A DNA stretch of 64,000 nucleotides, taken from the NCBI GenBank assembly GCA_950097015.1, contig CATNEN010000039.1, positions 8,804,001 through 8,868,000 of the forward strand, read 5' to 3'. Position numbers and translations under genes: made by a program. Shown here one piece after another: positions 34,840 to 46,289 of the stretch. The first letter of the stretch is position 1. Each line of letters starts with the position of its first letter. The notes below the pieces were generated by a model, which searched no databases, was not told the DNA's origin, and saw nothing but the letters and a program-made list of their open reading frames with translations. Source of the stretch: Macrostomum hystrix. Its lineage: Eukaryota > Animalia > Platyhelminthes.

Positions 34840-34899
34840 TCTAAACGTTTGCATCCGTCCACTTTTTCACTTCCAATTTTTCATCCACTTGAGGAGGAC

Positions 34900-35117
34900 T
34901 TTCATGCCGTAGTCTAATAGCACTCACGTATCGCTTTGCCGGTCAATCTAATATGTACATGCATCACTAACTCTCGCTCACTATGTACATGCCCCCCACG
35001 CGCACGTTGATCGTATCGGTTGCACGTTGAGGCAAATATATAAATACTGTCTCGCCCTACTTGGAGGGCTCACCTTTTTCTTCGCACCTCACACAGCTTG
35101 ACTCTTGAGCCATTACA
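34900..35117 (+). repeat. Gypsy-2 3' LTR
   Basis: Begins TTTCATGCC (TG changed to TT), otherwise matches the 5' LTR. Confidence 0.96.
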
Positions 35118-35120
35118 AAA

Positions 35121-37654
35121 ATGTCGAAGCTCTCCTCGGTAAAGCGAACCGACGGCACGTCAACTGACAACCCTGGGGAAACGCTGGAGGTCATGCTCTC
35201 TGCCTTCTTCCCCAACGAGCCAACCAACCCGACCACCTCAGACCACACTGAGGGAGGCCAGATGCTGGCTTCCTCTATCATCACGGAGGACCGCATCGTT
35301 AAAGCGGCCACCTCCGTTAAGCCTTTTAAGGCTCCAGGACCTGATGGCATCGTACCTGCTTTTCTTAGAGAGGCGGTTAAATGCCCAGGTTTCCTGCGCT
35401 CTCTTTGCAGCCTCTATCGAGCCTGCATCACGCTCGGGTACGTCCCGCAGGCATGGACCGAGGCGAAGGTGATTTTTATCCCGAAGCCAGGCCGCCCGGA
35501 CTACCAGTCCATTAAATCCTTCAGACCAATCAGCCTAACCACCTTCCTGGTCAAGCTGATGGAGAGACTTGTGCTTTGGCGCCTTCTCTCAGTGGAACTG
35601 AAGAACGCGCCGCTCAGCGACAACCAGCATGCTTTTCGGGCGGGTCGCTCCACTGAAAGCGCGCTTCACGTTATGGTCGACAAATTGGAAAAAGCTGTGC
35701 TTGGCACCGGCTTCGCCTTAAGTGTCTTCCTGGACATCGATGGTGCCTTTGACAACGTCCTCTTCGAGGCGTTCCGCAAAGCCCTTTGTGAGAGACACAC
35801 TCACTCGTCCCTCACCAGATGGATCATGTATATGATCAGTCATCGCACGGTCACTGCCAACCTGCTGGGCCACCAACGGACGGTCCCCGTCCGCAAAGGG
35901 AGCCCGCAGGGAGGGGTTCTCTCTCCTATTCTCTGGAACATGGTCATTGACGAACTCCTCCGAGACGCTCGTCCTGACCCAATCCTGAAGGTGGGTTATG
36001 CGGACGATGTCACAGCTGATCCCGATGGCCCATCCCCTGATACTCTCAGGGACCTACTTCAGAATTTCATCCGCTCTGCTGAACAATGGGCGGGTCGCTG
36101 TGGTCTGAAGCTCTCTGAGACCAAGACTGCAGTGATCATGTTCACCAGCAGAAACAAATGGCAGATACAGCCGCTTAGGCTTTACGGTAAGGAAAAGGAT
36201 CACCCTGGACCATAGGCTGAACTGGTCTCCCAATGTTCAAACCAAAACCAAGAGGGCCCTCGCGATCCTCGCGCAGCTGCGAAGGGCCGTCGGCACCACC
36301 TGGGGGCTCACCCCCAAGCGCCTCTGGTGGATCTATACTGCAATTGTCAGGCCAGCTGTCTCGTACGGCAGCTTGATCTGGGCTAGCGCCCTGCAGATAA
36401 AGACCTGCCTGGAGGCACTTAGGAAAACGCAAGGGCGCGCCTGTCGCATGACCATGAGTGCCCCACAGTCGGCTCCTTACGACGGCCTCAATGCCTTCCT
36501 CGACGCTCCCCGTTGGACATTTTTGTCCGCAGGGAAGCCGCTAAAACAGCGCGTCGGCTCATTGACGCCGGCGTCCGCTTCACGCCGCAGAGAGCAATGG
36601 CAAAGCGCAAACTTCTGCCTCACACCGATCTGTGCCTTCGAGACTTGGAAGATAGCGGCGGACTCCACGTCTTATCTGACGGCGAACCACGCACTCTCAA
36701 TCTCACCCAACGCTACAAAATCATCATCCCCTCGAGGGAAGACGCTAACGACCACTGGAACCACCAGGAGGTCCACTGCTTTACGGACGGATCCCTTAAA
36801 GACGGCCTTGCCAGGCTTTGGGGTCTGCATCCTGATCAATGGCCGCGTCGTCGCCACGCTTGCCCAACATACTGTGAGACTTTCTACGGTCTTCCAGAAT
36901 GAAATCCTTGCCATCAGCTCCTGTGCCGCAGAGCTGAATGCCAGGAATACGAGAGGAGAGACTATCATCATCCACTCTGACAGCGAAGCGGCCTTACAAG
37001 CCCTTTGCCGCACCACGTGCTCCCGGACAGTCGCTGACTGTGCCCGGCAACTCAACCTCCTGGCCCGTAACAACACGGTCAGGCTGAGCTGGATCCCAGG
37101 GCATGCGGGCTTCCCAGGGAACGAGCTTGCGGATACCCTTGCCAAGCAAGGTGGCTCTGGCTCTCTCCTTGGCCCTGCTCCCCTGGTCCCGATCCCCATC
37201 ACGGTCCTCAACCGCCTCATTGATGACTGGGCTGAGTCCCTCCACAGGGACAGATGGGCGGGCACCCAGAACTGTCGGCAATCCCGTGCCGCAGTTCCGC
37301 GCCCGTCTCGCAGGCTTAGGAACATCCTTTTGAATCAAAGCGGATATCCGCGCCCTCGCCATGACCCTCACGGGCCACGGCTACCTCGCTAGGCACTGTT
37401 TCCTCCGGGGCGACCTTGAGAGTGAAATCTGCCCATTCTGTGAGTACGACAGCGAAGATGCTGAGCACTTTGTGTGTCACTGCCCTTTCTTTAACAGAGA
37501 CCGGCTACGCTACCTCGGGCCCAACCCGTCTATGGACGAGATCTGCCAGCCCGACAGCATTCCACGGCTCGTCCAGTTCCTCCGGGCAACAAGACGAGCC
37601 ACGTTCTTCCCTACGGAAGACAACGCTGCAGGACGGACCGGCGGACCACCCTGA
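35121..37654 (+). pseudogene. LINE-A ORF2 RT-RNase H-CCHC region, frameshifted
   Basis: KAPGPDG, FRPISL, QHAFR, LDIDGAFD, GSPQGGVLSP, YADD; RNase H FTDGS, HSDSEAAL, WIPGHAGFPGNELAD; LTGHG..CPFC..EHFVCHC. Confidence 0.93.
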
Positions 37655-37765
37655 CCGGCCCCGCGCCCTTGCCTGTCTGCGGGCCTACAGGGGTTAGCGG
37701 CATGGGCGATCCTCACCTCCCCGCTGCGTCCATGGACCACCCTGCAGCTAAGTCAAGTAAGTCAA

Positions 37766-40700
37766 GAAGAGGGGGAGCCCATGGAAACCGGCGGCCCCCG
37801 TTCTTTCCCGGGGTGAGGAGGAAGAGGAAGAGGAAGAGGAGGAAGAGGGCCTTCTGGCCCAATCCCCTCAGAAACCATCAGACGGTTAACCTGATGCGCA
37901 CGGCTGAGCGCACGCTTCCGAGCCTCATTTTTGTTCAGGAGCCCTGGCTTTCCAAAGGTAAGTCTATCCAATATACCTTCGGGATTTGACTGTTCTTGCA
38001 TGGCGGATACCCCTCGCCCCAGATCGCTGATCTTTGCTGCAAATTCTCTAAAAGCGTGGATGAGACCCGACCTGCCACCGGGGACATCTGCGTGATCCAA
38101 ACCCTGCACATAGTGCAGCGTAAGTTTACTCTGGTGGCGTCAGTATACCTGCCAGGCGATGCCCCACGGTCAGCGATGCGCTGGTAGCTCTCTGCGATTA
38201 CGCGCATGTGCACAACTTCGAGCTCCTCATTGCCGGTGATGTGAACGCACACCACTCGCACTGGGGTAGTAAGAACATCAACGACCACAGGCACAAAGGC
38301 ACAAACCTTAATTTCTGCAATGCCAGAAGCACCCCAACTTTCGACAATGGCCGTTGGTCAGAGGTCCTCGATGTGCACCCTCGTCTCCCCGGGCGTCCTC
38401 GCCAGGATATCCGGCTGGAGAGTGTGGGGAGAAGAGGAGTCCCTCTCAGACCATCGCCTCATCCGCTTCGAGGTCGTAAATGCTACCCCGAAGAGAACTA
38501 TCACCTGGAGCAGGAACATCCGAAACACCGACTGGACCAGGTTCGGCCTTGAGCTGAGCATGGGTCTGATTGACATCGGCACCCCAGGTGACATCACAAA
38601 CTGCAACATAGCTGACTAGATAGCCTCCAAGCTTGGAGGCACGGTCATCGATGCCTATGAGGCGGCCTGTCCCCTCAAAGCCTATAAAGGCAAGAAATCT
38701 GCCATCTGGTGGAACCCCGAGCCCGGAATCCTGAGACGACGAGCAAAGGCTCTGCAGAGGATATTTCTAAAAACCAGGACCCCTGAAGACAGAGAAGCCT
38801 ATGTTCATGCCAGTCATGAGTTCAAGGGCCAGGTCAGAAGGGCAAAAGCGGCCAAGTGGCGCCAATACTGCGAAGGGCTTGAGGGCTCCCGCCCCACTGC
38901 CGACGTGGTAAAAGCGCTCACTTAAGACAGCTTCTCCAAACTAAACGCTCTAGCTCATGCTCGGGCATTTCTTCCCCAGCATCCAGACAGCGCAGGGCCA
39001 GCCAGACCACACTGTGGGCGGGCAAGACCTAGTAAAGTCTCTCGTCACCAAATACCGCATCATACGTGCGGCAAATTTCTTTAATCCGTACAAAGCACCG
39101 GGCCCGGACGGCATCTACCCGGTCCTACCCCTCCTTCATCTACGGCATCTACCCTCCTTCCTGAAGCTGCTTGAGAGACTGGTGCTCTGGCGCCTTCTCT
39201 CTGGGGAGCTCAAGCGTTTCCCTCTCTCTCAGAACCAGCACGCTTTTAGGGCTGGCAGGTCCACTGAGAGCGCCCTCCACTCCATCGTGGAAAAGCTGGA
39301 ACGGGCTGTGCTGGGTAACAGCTTCGCCCTTTCCTTTTTCATCGACATCGAGGGGGCCTTCGATAACGTCCGTTTCGAAACGTTTCGTAGAGCCCTTAAA
39401 TCTAGGGCCACGCACCCCCACCTTTTCCGCTGGATCATGTACATGATCCAGCACCGCTCTGTGATGGCCAACCTCAATGGGCTCTCGCTTTCAGCGCCAG
39501 TCCAGAAAGGGGGCCCGCAGGGCGGGATTCTTACTCCTCTCCTTTGGAATCTTGTCATGGATGAGCTGCTTGAGGATGCTCAGCCAGATCCGGTCCAAAA
39601 AGTGGGATACGCTGACGATGTGACCGCCACCTGCGCGGGACCTTCAGCGGACACCACTAGGGACCTCATCCAGGGTTCCATCAACAGAGCTGAAAGCTGG
39701 GCGACCCGCTGCGGGCTCAGACTCTCCGAGTCCAAGACCGTGGCGATCATGTTTACCAGCAAGCTGCGTTGGACCATGAAACCCCTCACTCTCTACGGCA
39801 AGGACATGCCTTGGTCTGATCTTGGACCATATGCTAAACTGGAGTCACCACCTCCGCTTCAAAACCAAGAGGGCCTTGGCGATACTGGCGTAAGTTAGGC
39901 GAGCCGTTGGGAACACTTGGGGCCTCACCCCCCAGATGCTCTGGTGGATCTACACAACGATCATCAGACCTTCGATCTCGTACGCCAGCCTCATCTGGGC
40001 TAGCGCCACGAGTACCCAGGGAAACCTGGATGCGCTTTACAGGGTGCAGGGCAGAGCCTGTCGCATGACCATGGGCGCCTCACCCTCCACTCCCTTCAAA
40101 GGCATGAACGCCTTCCTGGGAGCCACTCCTTTGGACATCTTCGTCAAGGGAGAAGCCGCGAAGAGCACCATATAGGCACCTTATGGATGCCGGCGTGACT
40201 TTCAATTTCTCGAGAGCCTTCAAAAAGCGCTCTCTCACTCCCCACTCCGATCTGTGCCTGAAGATTCTGGTGAGTGCGAGTGCAACATCCTCTCCGATGC
40301 AATACCCGCCACTCTGATCCTGAGCCACAGGTACAAGGTCGAAATTCAGCCTTGCCAGGAGGCAAACGACAGCTGGACCGACCCTGAAATCCACTGTTAT
40401 ACCGACGGCTCCCTGATGAACGGAATCTCGGGATTCTGTATCTACCCTGTAGGAGCCTGTATCTACAATGGAGGAGAGGTCACCTGGACTCACTCCCAGC
40501 ACACTGGGAAAAACTCCAGCGTTCTTCAGAACGAGATGTTCGCTATCAGTTCATGTGCAGCAGAGTTGCACCAGAGGGGGCTCACTGACCGGAAGATCAT
40601 TTTCCACTCCGACAGTCAAGCCGCCCTCCGGGCCCTCGACCGTGCTCTAAGACCACCTTGGACTGCAACGCCCAGCTCAACGGGCTGGCACGGGCCAACG

Positions 40701-41395
40701 AGGTCAAGCTCAAATGGATCCCAGGTCACGCTGGCTTCCCAGGGAATGAGATGGCGGACCAGCTCACAAAAGCTGGAGCAGCCAGCACCCTGGCGGGGCC
40801 AGGGCCTGGCGCTCCTATCCCCGTCACTGTGACCAACCTCAAGCTGAAGCGCTGGATGGAGGCCCAGCACCTGGACAGATGGACCAAGACCCAGAAATGC
40901 AAGCAGTCCAGGGCAGCGGTCCCATGTCCGTCTCACCGCCTGCACAAAGCCCTCTTAAAGCTGAACCGCAGAGATCTCCGCGCAGTAAGCATGGCCCTCT
41001 CAGGGCATGGCTGTTTTTCTCGGCATCGATATCTCCAGGGCCAGCTCCTGGAGGACAAATGCACCTTTTGTAGCTCGGGCAGCGAAAATGCCGAGCACTT
41101 CATCAGTTTTCACCAGGGCAAAGCTACCTTAGGCCTAACCCAACTCTCTCCGATTTGCAGGCCCGAGAGCATCCCTCAGCTTGCCCGGTACCTACGGGAT
41201 ACGGGGCGAGCCAACGTCTTCCCCACCGACAGTGCGGAGGACCACGCTGCAGGCGAGTCCGACGGGCCACCCTGAGCAACACCACCTCTCCTGAGGTCGT
41301 CTGGTTTGCGAGGGGTTAGCGGAATGGGCGGTCCCCTCCGCCTCCTCGCTGCGTCCGCCGGTACGGAGCACCCTGCAGCTAAGTCAGTAAGTCAA
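37766..41395 (+). mobile_element. Non-LTR retrotransposon LINE-B, related to LINE-A, 5'-truncated and degenerate
   Basis: VQEPW, AGDVNAHH, SDHRLI, KAPGPDG, YADD, YTDGS, WIPGHAGFPGNEMAD, SGHG..CTFC; tail TAAGTCAGTAAGTCAA; many frameshifts and deletions. Confidence 0.92.
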
Positions 41396-41407
41396 GAGCG
41401 TTTGATT
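41396..41407 (+). repeat. 12-bp target-site duplication, right copy
   Basis: GAGCGTTTGATT, identical to 21330-21341. Confidence 0.88.
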
Positions 41408-41589
41408 TATAGGTGTATTAGTCGCTGATTAAAGTATCATGCATGTAAAATAGTTCATACACATGTCAGCAGTTTTGGCTTGTACAAATGGCAGCAATTA
41501 TTAATTGTTATTTTTGTTATTTTATTCACACATACCTAAAAATTAAATTGCAATAAGTATAGCTATAGTCTTTGTGACCCTCCTGCACT

Positions 41590-42414
41590 ATGGGGATCAG
41601 GACCCGGTCGCTGATGGATGTGTGGCAACCCTGCATGATGGAGATCAGGACCCGGTCGCTGATGGATGTGTGGCAACCCTGCATGATGGAGATCAGGACC
41701 CGGTCGCTGATGGATGTGTGGCAACCCTGCATGATGGGGATCAGGACCCGGTCGCTGATGGATGTGTGGCAACCCTGCATGATGGGGATCAGGACCCGGT
41801 CGCTGATGGATGTGTGGCAACCCTGCATGATGGGGATCAGGACCCGGTCGCTGATGGATGTGTGGCAACCCTGCATGATGGAGATCAGGACCCGGTCGCT
41901 GATGGATGTGTGGCAACCCTGCATGATGGAGATCAGGACCCGGTCGCTGATGGATGTGTGGCAACCCTGCATGATGGGGATCAGGACCCGGTCGCTGATG
42001 GATGTGTGGCAACCCTGCATGATGGAGATCAGGACCCGGTCGCTGATGGATGTGTGGCAACCCTGCATGATGGGGATCAGGACCCAGTCGCTGATGGATG
42101 TGTGGCAACCCTGCATGATGGAGATCAGGACCCGGTCGCTGATGGATGTGTGGCAACCCTGCATGATGGAGATCAGGACCCGGTCGCTGATGGATGTGTG
42201 GCAACCCTGCATGATGGAGATCAGGACCCGGTCGCTGATGGATGTGTGGCAACCCTGCATGATGGAGATCAGGACCCGGTCGCTGATGGATGTGTGGCAA
42301 CCCTGCATGATGGGGATCAGGACCCGGTCGCTGATGGATGTGTGGCAACCCTGCATGATGGGGATCAGGACCCGGTCGCTGATGAATGTGTGGCAACCCA
42401 TCTCGATGGGGATC
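41590..42414. repeat. 48-bp minisatellite, 17 copies (right arm)
   Basis: Reverse complement of the left-arm unit. Confidence 0.97.
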
Positions 42415-43071
42415 AGTTGCGAGGATTCTGTTTGGGATCTTGCCATGAAGATAGTTCAGAAACCATAAAAGAACCAAACAATTTGACAGGCAACTGAACC
42501 GCTGAAGAGTACAGCTGCTAACACTGAAAGATGAGAATTTGTTGTAGAAATTGTTTGAAACGTACGCCTTACAGGAGAATAATATAAGTATGCGCATCGT
42601 TTAATGGCTTTCAAATAGCTAGTATATTTATCATAAAAATAGGGCATCAAACTGCGAAATGCTTAAGGTGTGGTGTACTCAGTGTAAAATAGCGAAAATA
42701 CTGTCGAATGACAAGAGTGTTTCTCAAGATATGTAATTATCAGCCTTACGCGCTGACTAACGAAATATTATAATAATAAAAAACAGACAGTCAACGTCAA
42801 CCCTGGCTGTACTTTTGTAGTGTGAGCAGTCATAGCTCTGAAATATCCGTCAGAGCACAGGATCAAGGGCTCCGAAAATGTGCATCTCGAATGTGCACCG
42901 AAAATTGACTCAGGACAAGTCGAACAGGATGTGCTTATAGAAACTTCCAGCGAGAGCCACATGTTCCTGAAAGGAAACATAGGTAATAGGATGTTGTACC
43001 TTTTTATTTTTTTATTTAGACAAAACAGCCAATTTTTCAAAAGCAGGGGGAATGAAAGAGGTGCTGGGAAG

Positions 43072-43787
43072 AGGGAGGGGACTATCAAGGACGGCGGGAG
43101 GAATGCCAAGGAGGATAGGAGAGGGGACTGTCAAGGCCAGGGAGGATAAGGGAGGGGACTGTCAAGGATGGCAGGAGGAATGCCATGGAGGATGGGGAGG
43201 GGACTATTAAGGATGGCGGAAGGAATGCCATGGAGGATGGGAAGGGGACTGTCAAGGATGGCATGAGGAATGCCATGGAGGATGGGGAGGGGACTGTCAA
43301 GGATGGCGGGAGGAATGCCATGGAGGATGGGGAGGGGACTGTCAAGGATGGCGGAAGGAATGCCATGGAGGATGGGGAGGGGACTGTCAAGGATGGCAGG
43401 AGGAATGCCATGGAGGATGGGGAGGGGACTGTCAAGGATGGCAGGAGTAATGCCATGGAGGATGGGGAGGGGACTATTAAGGATGGCGGAAGGAATGCCA
43501 CGGAGGATGGGAGAGGGGACTGTCAAGGCCAGGGAGGATAAGGGAGGGGACTGTCAAGGATGGCAGGAGGAATGCCATGGAGGATGGGGAGGGGACTATT
43601 AAGGATGGCGGAAGGAATGCCAAGGAGGATGGGAGAGGGGACTATTAAGGATGGCGGAAGGAATGCCATGGAGGATGGGAAGGGGACTGTCAAGGATGGC
43701 ATGAGGAATCCCATGGAGGATGGGGAGGGGACTGTCAAGGATGGCAGGAGGAATGCCATGGAGGATGGGGGAGGGGACTATCAAGGA
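43072..43787. repeat. 45-bp minisatellite (right arm), 6 units fewer than the left
   Basis: Reverse complement of the left-arm unit. Confidence 0.96.
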
Positions 43788-43922
43788 ACAGAAAGTGTTA
43801 GAGGAGCTGTGGTAGAGGAGCATGGGTAGAGTAGAAGGGCCAGTAGAGGAACAGGGGTTAGAGGAGCAGGGGTTGAGGTGCTGGGGTAGAGGAGCAGGGG
43901 TTAGAGGAGCAGGGGTTAGAGG

Positions 43923-44512
43923 TGCAGGGGTAGAGAGGCAGGGCCAGTAGAGGAGCAAGGTGTAGAAGAGTAGGGTAGAGGTGCAGGGGTAGAGAGGCAG
44001 GGCCAGTAGAGGAGCAAGGTGTAGAAGAGTAGGGTAGAGGTGCAGGGGTAGAGAGGCAGGGCCAGTAGAGGAGCAAGGTGTAGAAGAGTAGGGTAGAGGT
44101 GCAGGGGTAGAGAGGCAGGGCCAGTAGAGGAGCAAGGTGTAGAAGAGTAGGGTAGAGGTGCAGGGGTAGAGAGGCAGGGCCAGTAGAGGAGCAAGGTGTA
44201 GAAGAGTAGGGTAGAGGTGCAGGGGTAGAGAGGCAGGGCCAGTAGAGGAGCAAGGTGTAGAAGAGTAGGGTAGAGGTGCAGGGGTAGAGAGGCAGGGCCA
44301 GTAGAGGAGCAAGGTGTAGAAGAGTAGGGTAGAGGTGCAGGGGTAGAGAGGCAGGGCCAGTAGAGGAGCAAGGTGTAGAAGAGTAGGGTAGAGGTGCAGG
44401 GGTAGAGAGGCAGGGCCAGTAGAGGAGCAAGGTGTAGAAGAGTAGGGTAGAGGTGCAGGGGTAGAGAGGCAGGGCCAGTAGAGGAGCAAGGTGTAGAAGA
44501 GTAGGGTAGAGG
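43923..44512. repeat. 59-bp minisatellite, 10 copies (right arm)
   Basis: Reverse complement of the left-arm unit. Confidence 0.97.
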
Positions 44513-46289
44513 AGCAGGGGGGTAAAGAAGCAGTTGGTAGAGAAACAGTGGGTGGAGGAGGAGTTGATAGGGGAACAGGGGGTAGTAGAGCAGTTGATAA
44601 AGGAACAGGTAGCAGGATGAAGAGTAGCAAGGGTAGTAAATGAGCCAGAGGAACAGGAGCAATGAATAGGAGAAAAGGAATGGAAAAGAAACAAAAAAGT
44701 ATATATATTTATATAATATATAGAAACAAACATATTTGTCATTAGTTATTATTCCTAAGAAATATTTTTTGGCAATAATCTAGCTGTCTATGAGCCTATA
44801 TATATTTGAATATATCTAAGCCATATAAGAATTAATAAATTATTGAATTATTATTTCATGGTTAAAAAATATATATGATAATAAAATTTAAATATGTCAG
44901 CTTCTAATAAACTATAAATTTTACTTGTGTTGCTGTTTAGCAATAAATATTAATAATAGTACTCATAATAGTAGCTGTCACACTATTAGCTTAGGCTTGG
45001 GGCTGTGCCTGTTCTTTAACAAGCCTAGCTAGGAAAACATTCTAAATAGCTAATGTCTAGCAGAACATGCTTTTTAGCTAGATTTTTGCTAGAAGCTAGC
45101 TATATTTGCTAGCTAAACTTTCTACTATGGTCTGAGCCATGGGGTCTGTTTATAACTATGGCTATAGGCCTATAGCCATCCATTCATATCTAGCTAGGCA
45201 TAGGTAGGCCAACATTCAATAGCTAGCAAATTATAATTAGCAATAATAGGCCTATAGGAAACAATAATATACAAATAAATTGTAAAGACACTGTATCGAA
45301 TCGATTGTATTGATCCTGGTAACTCTATAAAAGAGTCAGTCATTGAAACGATATCTAACAGCATTGATTATATTATATTTAAGCACGTACATTTGTGCCC
45401 CATATTAAAGCATTGCATTGACTTTGAAAGCTAAAGCTGCGCGTATCGCTACGCCGCTGCGCGCAGAGAACCGCTTTGAAGGCTCGTAACACAGAATTGG
45501 CTTTACAGAGTGTAACACGAGTGGGTACCGTAGGCCTACGAATAGCCAACTTCTAATTTCTTCCAGCATTTGTATTAATTTCGAATTCGCGCCAGCTTTG
45601 TTTTAAAAGTAATATTTCAACAGGCTATTTCATGAAGCCAAAGGCATATAAAACGACTCTAAGATGCAAAAAGGATCGCGCAAAGGCATGTAAACTTAAA
45701 ATATAACACCGCTTTTCATGCGCAATAACGCGCAAAATATAATTTACATTTATCTGATTCACCGCCGATTCACCGCCTATAATAAAACAAAAAATCGCTC
45801 TTTTGCCGTCCCGACGAAACGCGCAGTGCTAGAAATTTAGGCGCATCTCTAAATTAACTTGCGCCATCGATTTTATACAGTTTTGGCTGTTGAAAATTTA
45901 TTTAAAAAATCGGTGAAATCCAGTGGCGGTGAAATCAGTACTTAGTTAAATTTAATTAAATTAAATTAAATTACCGACTGTTTTTCGGTCGGTATTTCAC
46001 TTGAATCCCTCGAGCCTCGAGCCATAGAATATCGTATACTTAATGTCAGTTTTTACTTGTTCTAGTTCTTTTCAAGTCGCGTTGTGAGTATCATTGCGGA
46101 GCTAACAGTGGTTTTGTAGACATGAGCATGACAACATTATCAAAATATAATAGGCACTGGCACGTTATTGGGTGAACATCTACCCGCTGCGAGAGAGGAG
46201 GCAATTCTGTCCATTTCGCTGACTCCTGAGCAGTGGGTTAACTTGTTTTTAATCTCCTGAGTGCCGCAGTTTCAAATCAGTTAGAACTA

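Larger units (their letters stand above)
23567..35117 (+). mobile_element. Gypsy LTR retrotransposon (Gypsy-2), full-length, containing the BEL insertion
   Basis: 218-bp LTRs at 23567-23784 and 34900-35117; TSD AAAAT at 23562-23566 and 35118-35122; PBS TGGCGTCCATGG at 23786; PPT GAGGAGGA at 34891. Confidence 0.97.
21342..37765 (+). mobile_element. Non-LTR retrotransposon LINE-A (I/R1-group, Loa-like, with RNase H), degenerate, split by Gypsy-2
   Basis: ORF1-like region, APE endonuclease, RT, RNase H, CCHC, then tail TAAGTCAAGTAAGTCAA. The frame rejoins across the Gypsy-2 site (TTGGACAAAAT|GTCGAAG = LDKMSK). Confidence 0.9.
16434..45946. mobile_element. Giant foldback-like palindromic element, non-coding arms, with nested retroelement cargo
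   Basis: ACTAAGTACTGATTTCACCGCC at 16434 is the reverse complement of the sequence ending 45946; the similarity runs inward to 21297/41590. The inverted repeat is certain; its mobility is inferred. Confidence 0.7.
41590..45946 (-). repeat. Right arm of long inverted repeat (4357 bp)
   Basis: Reverse complement of 16434-21297. Confidence 0.98.
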
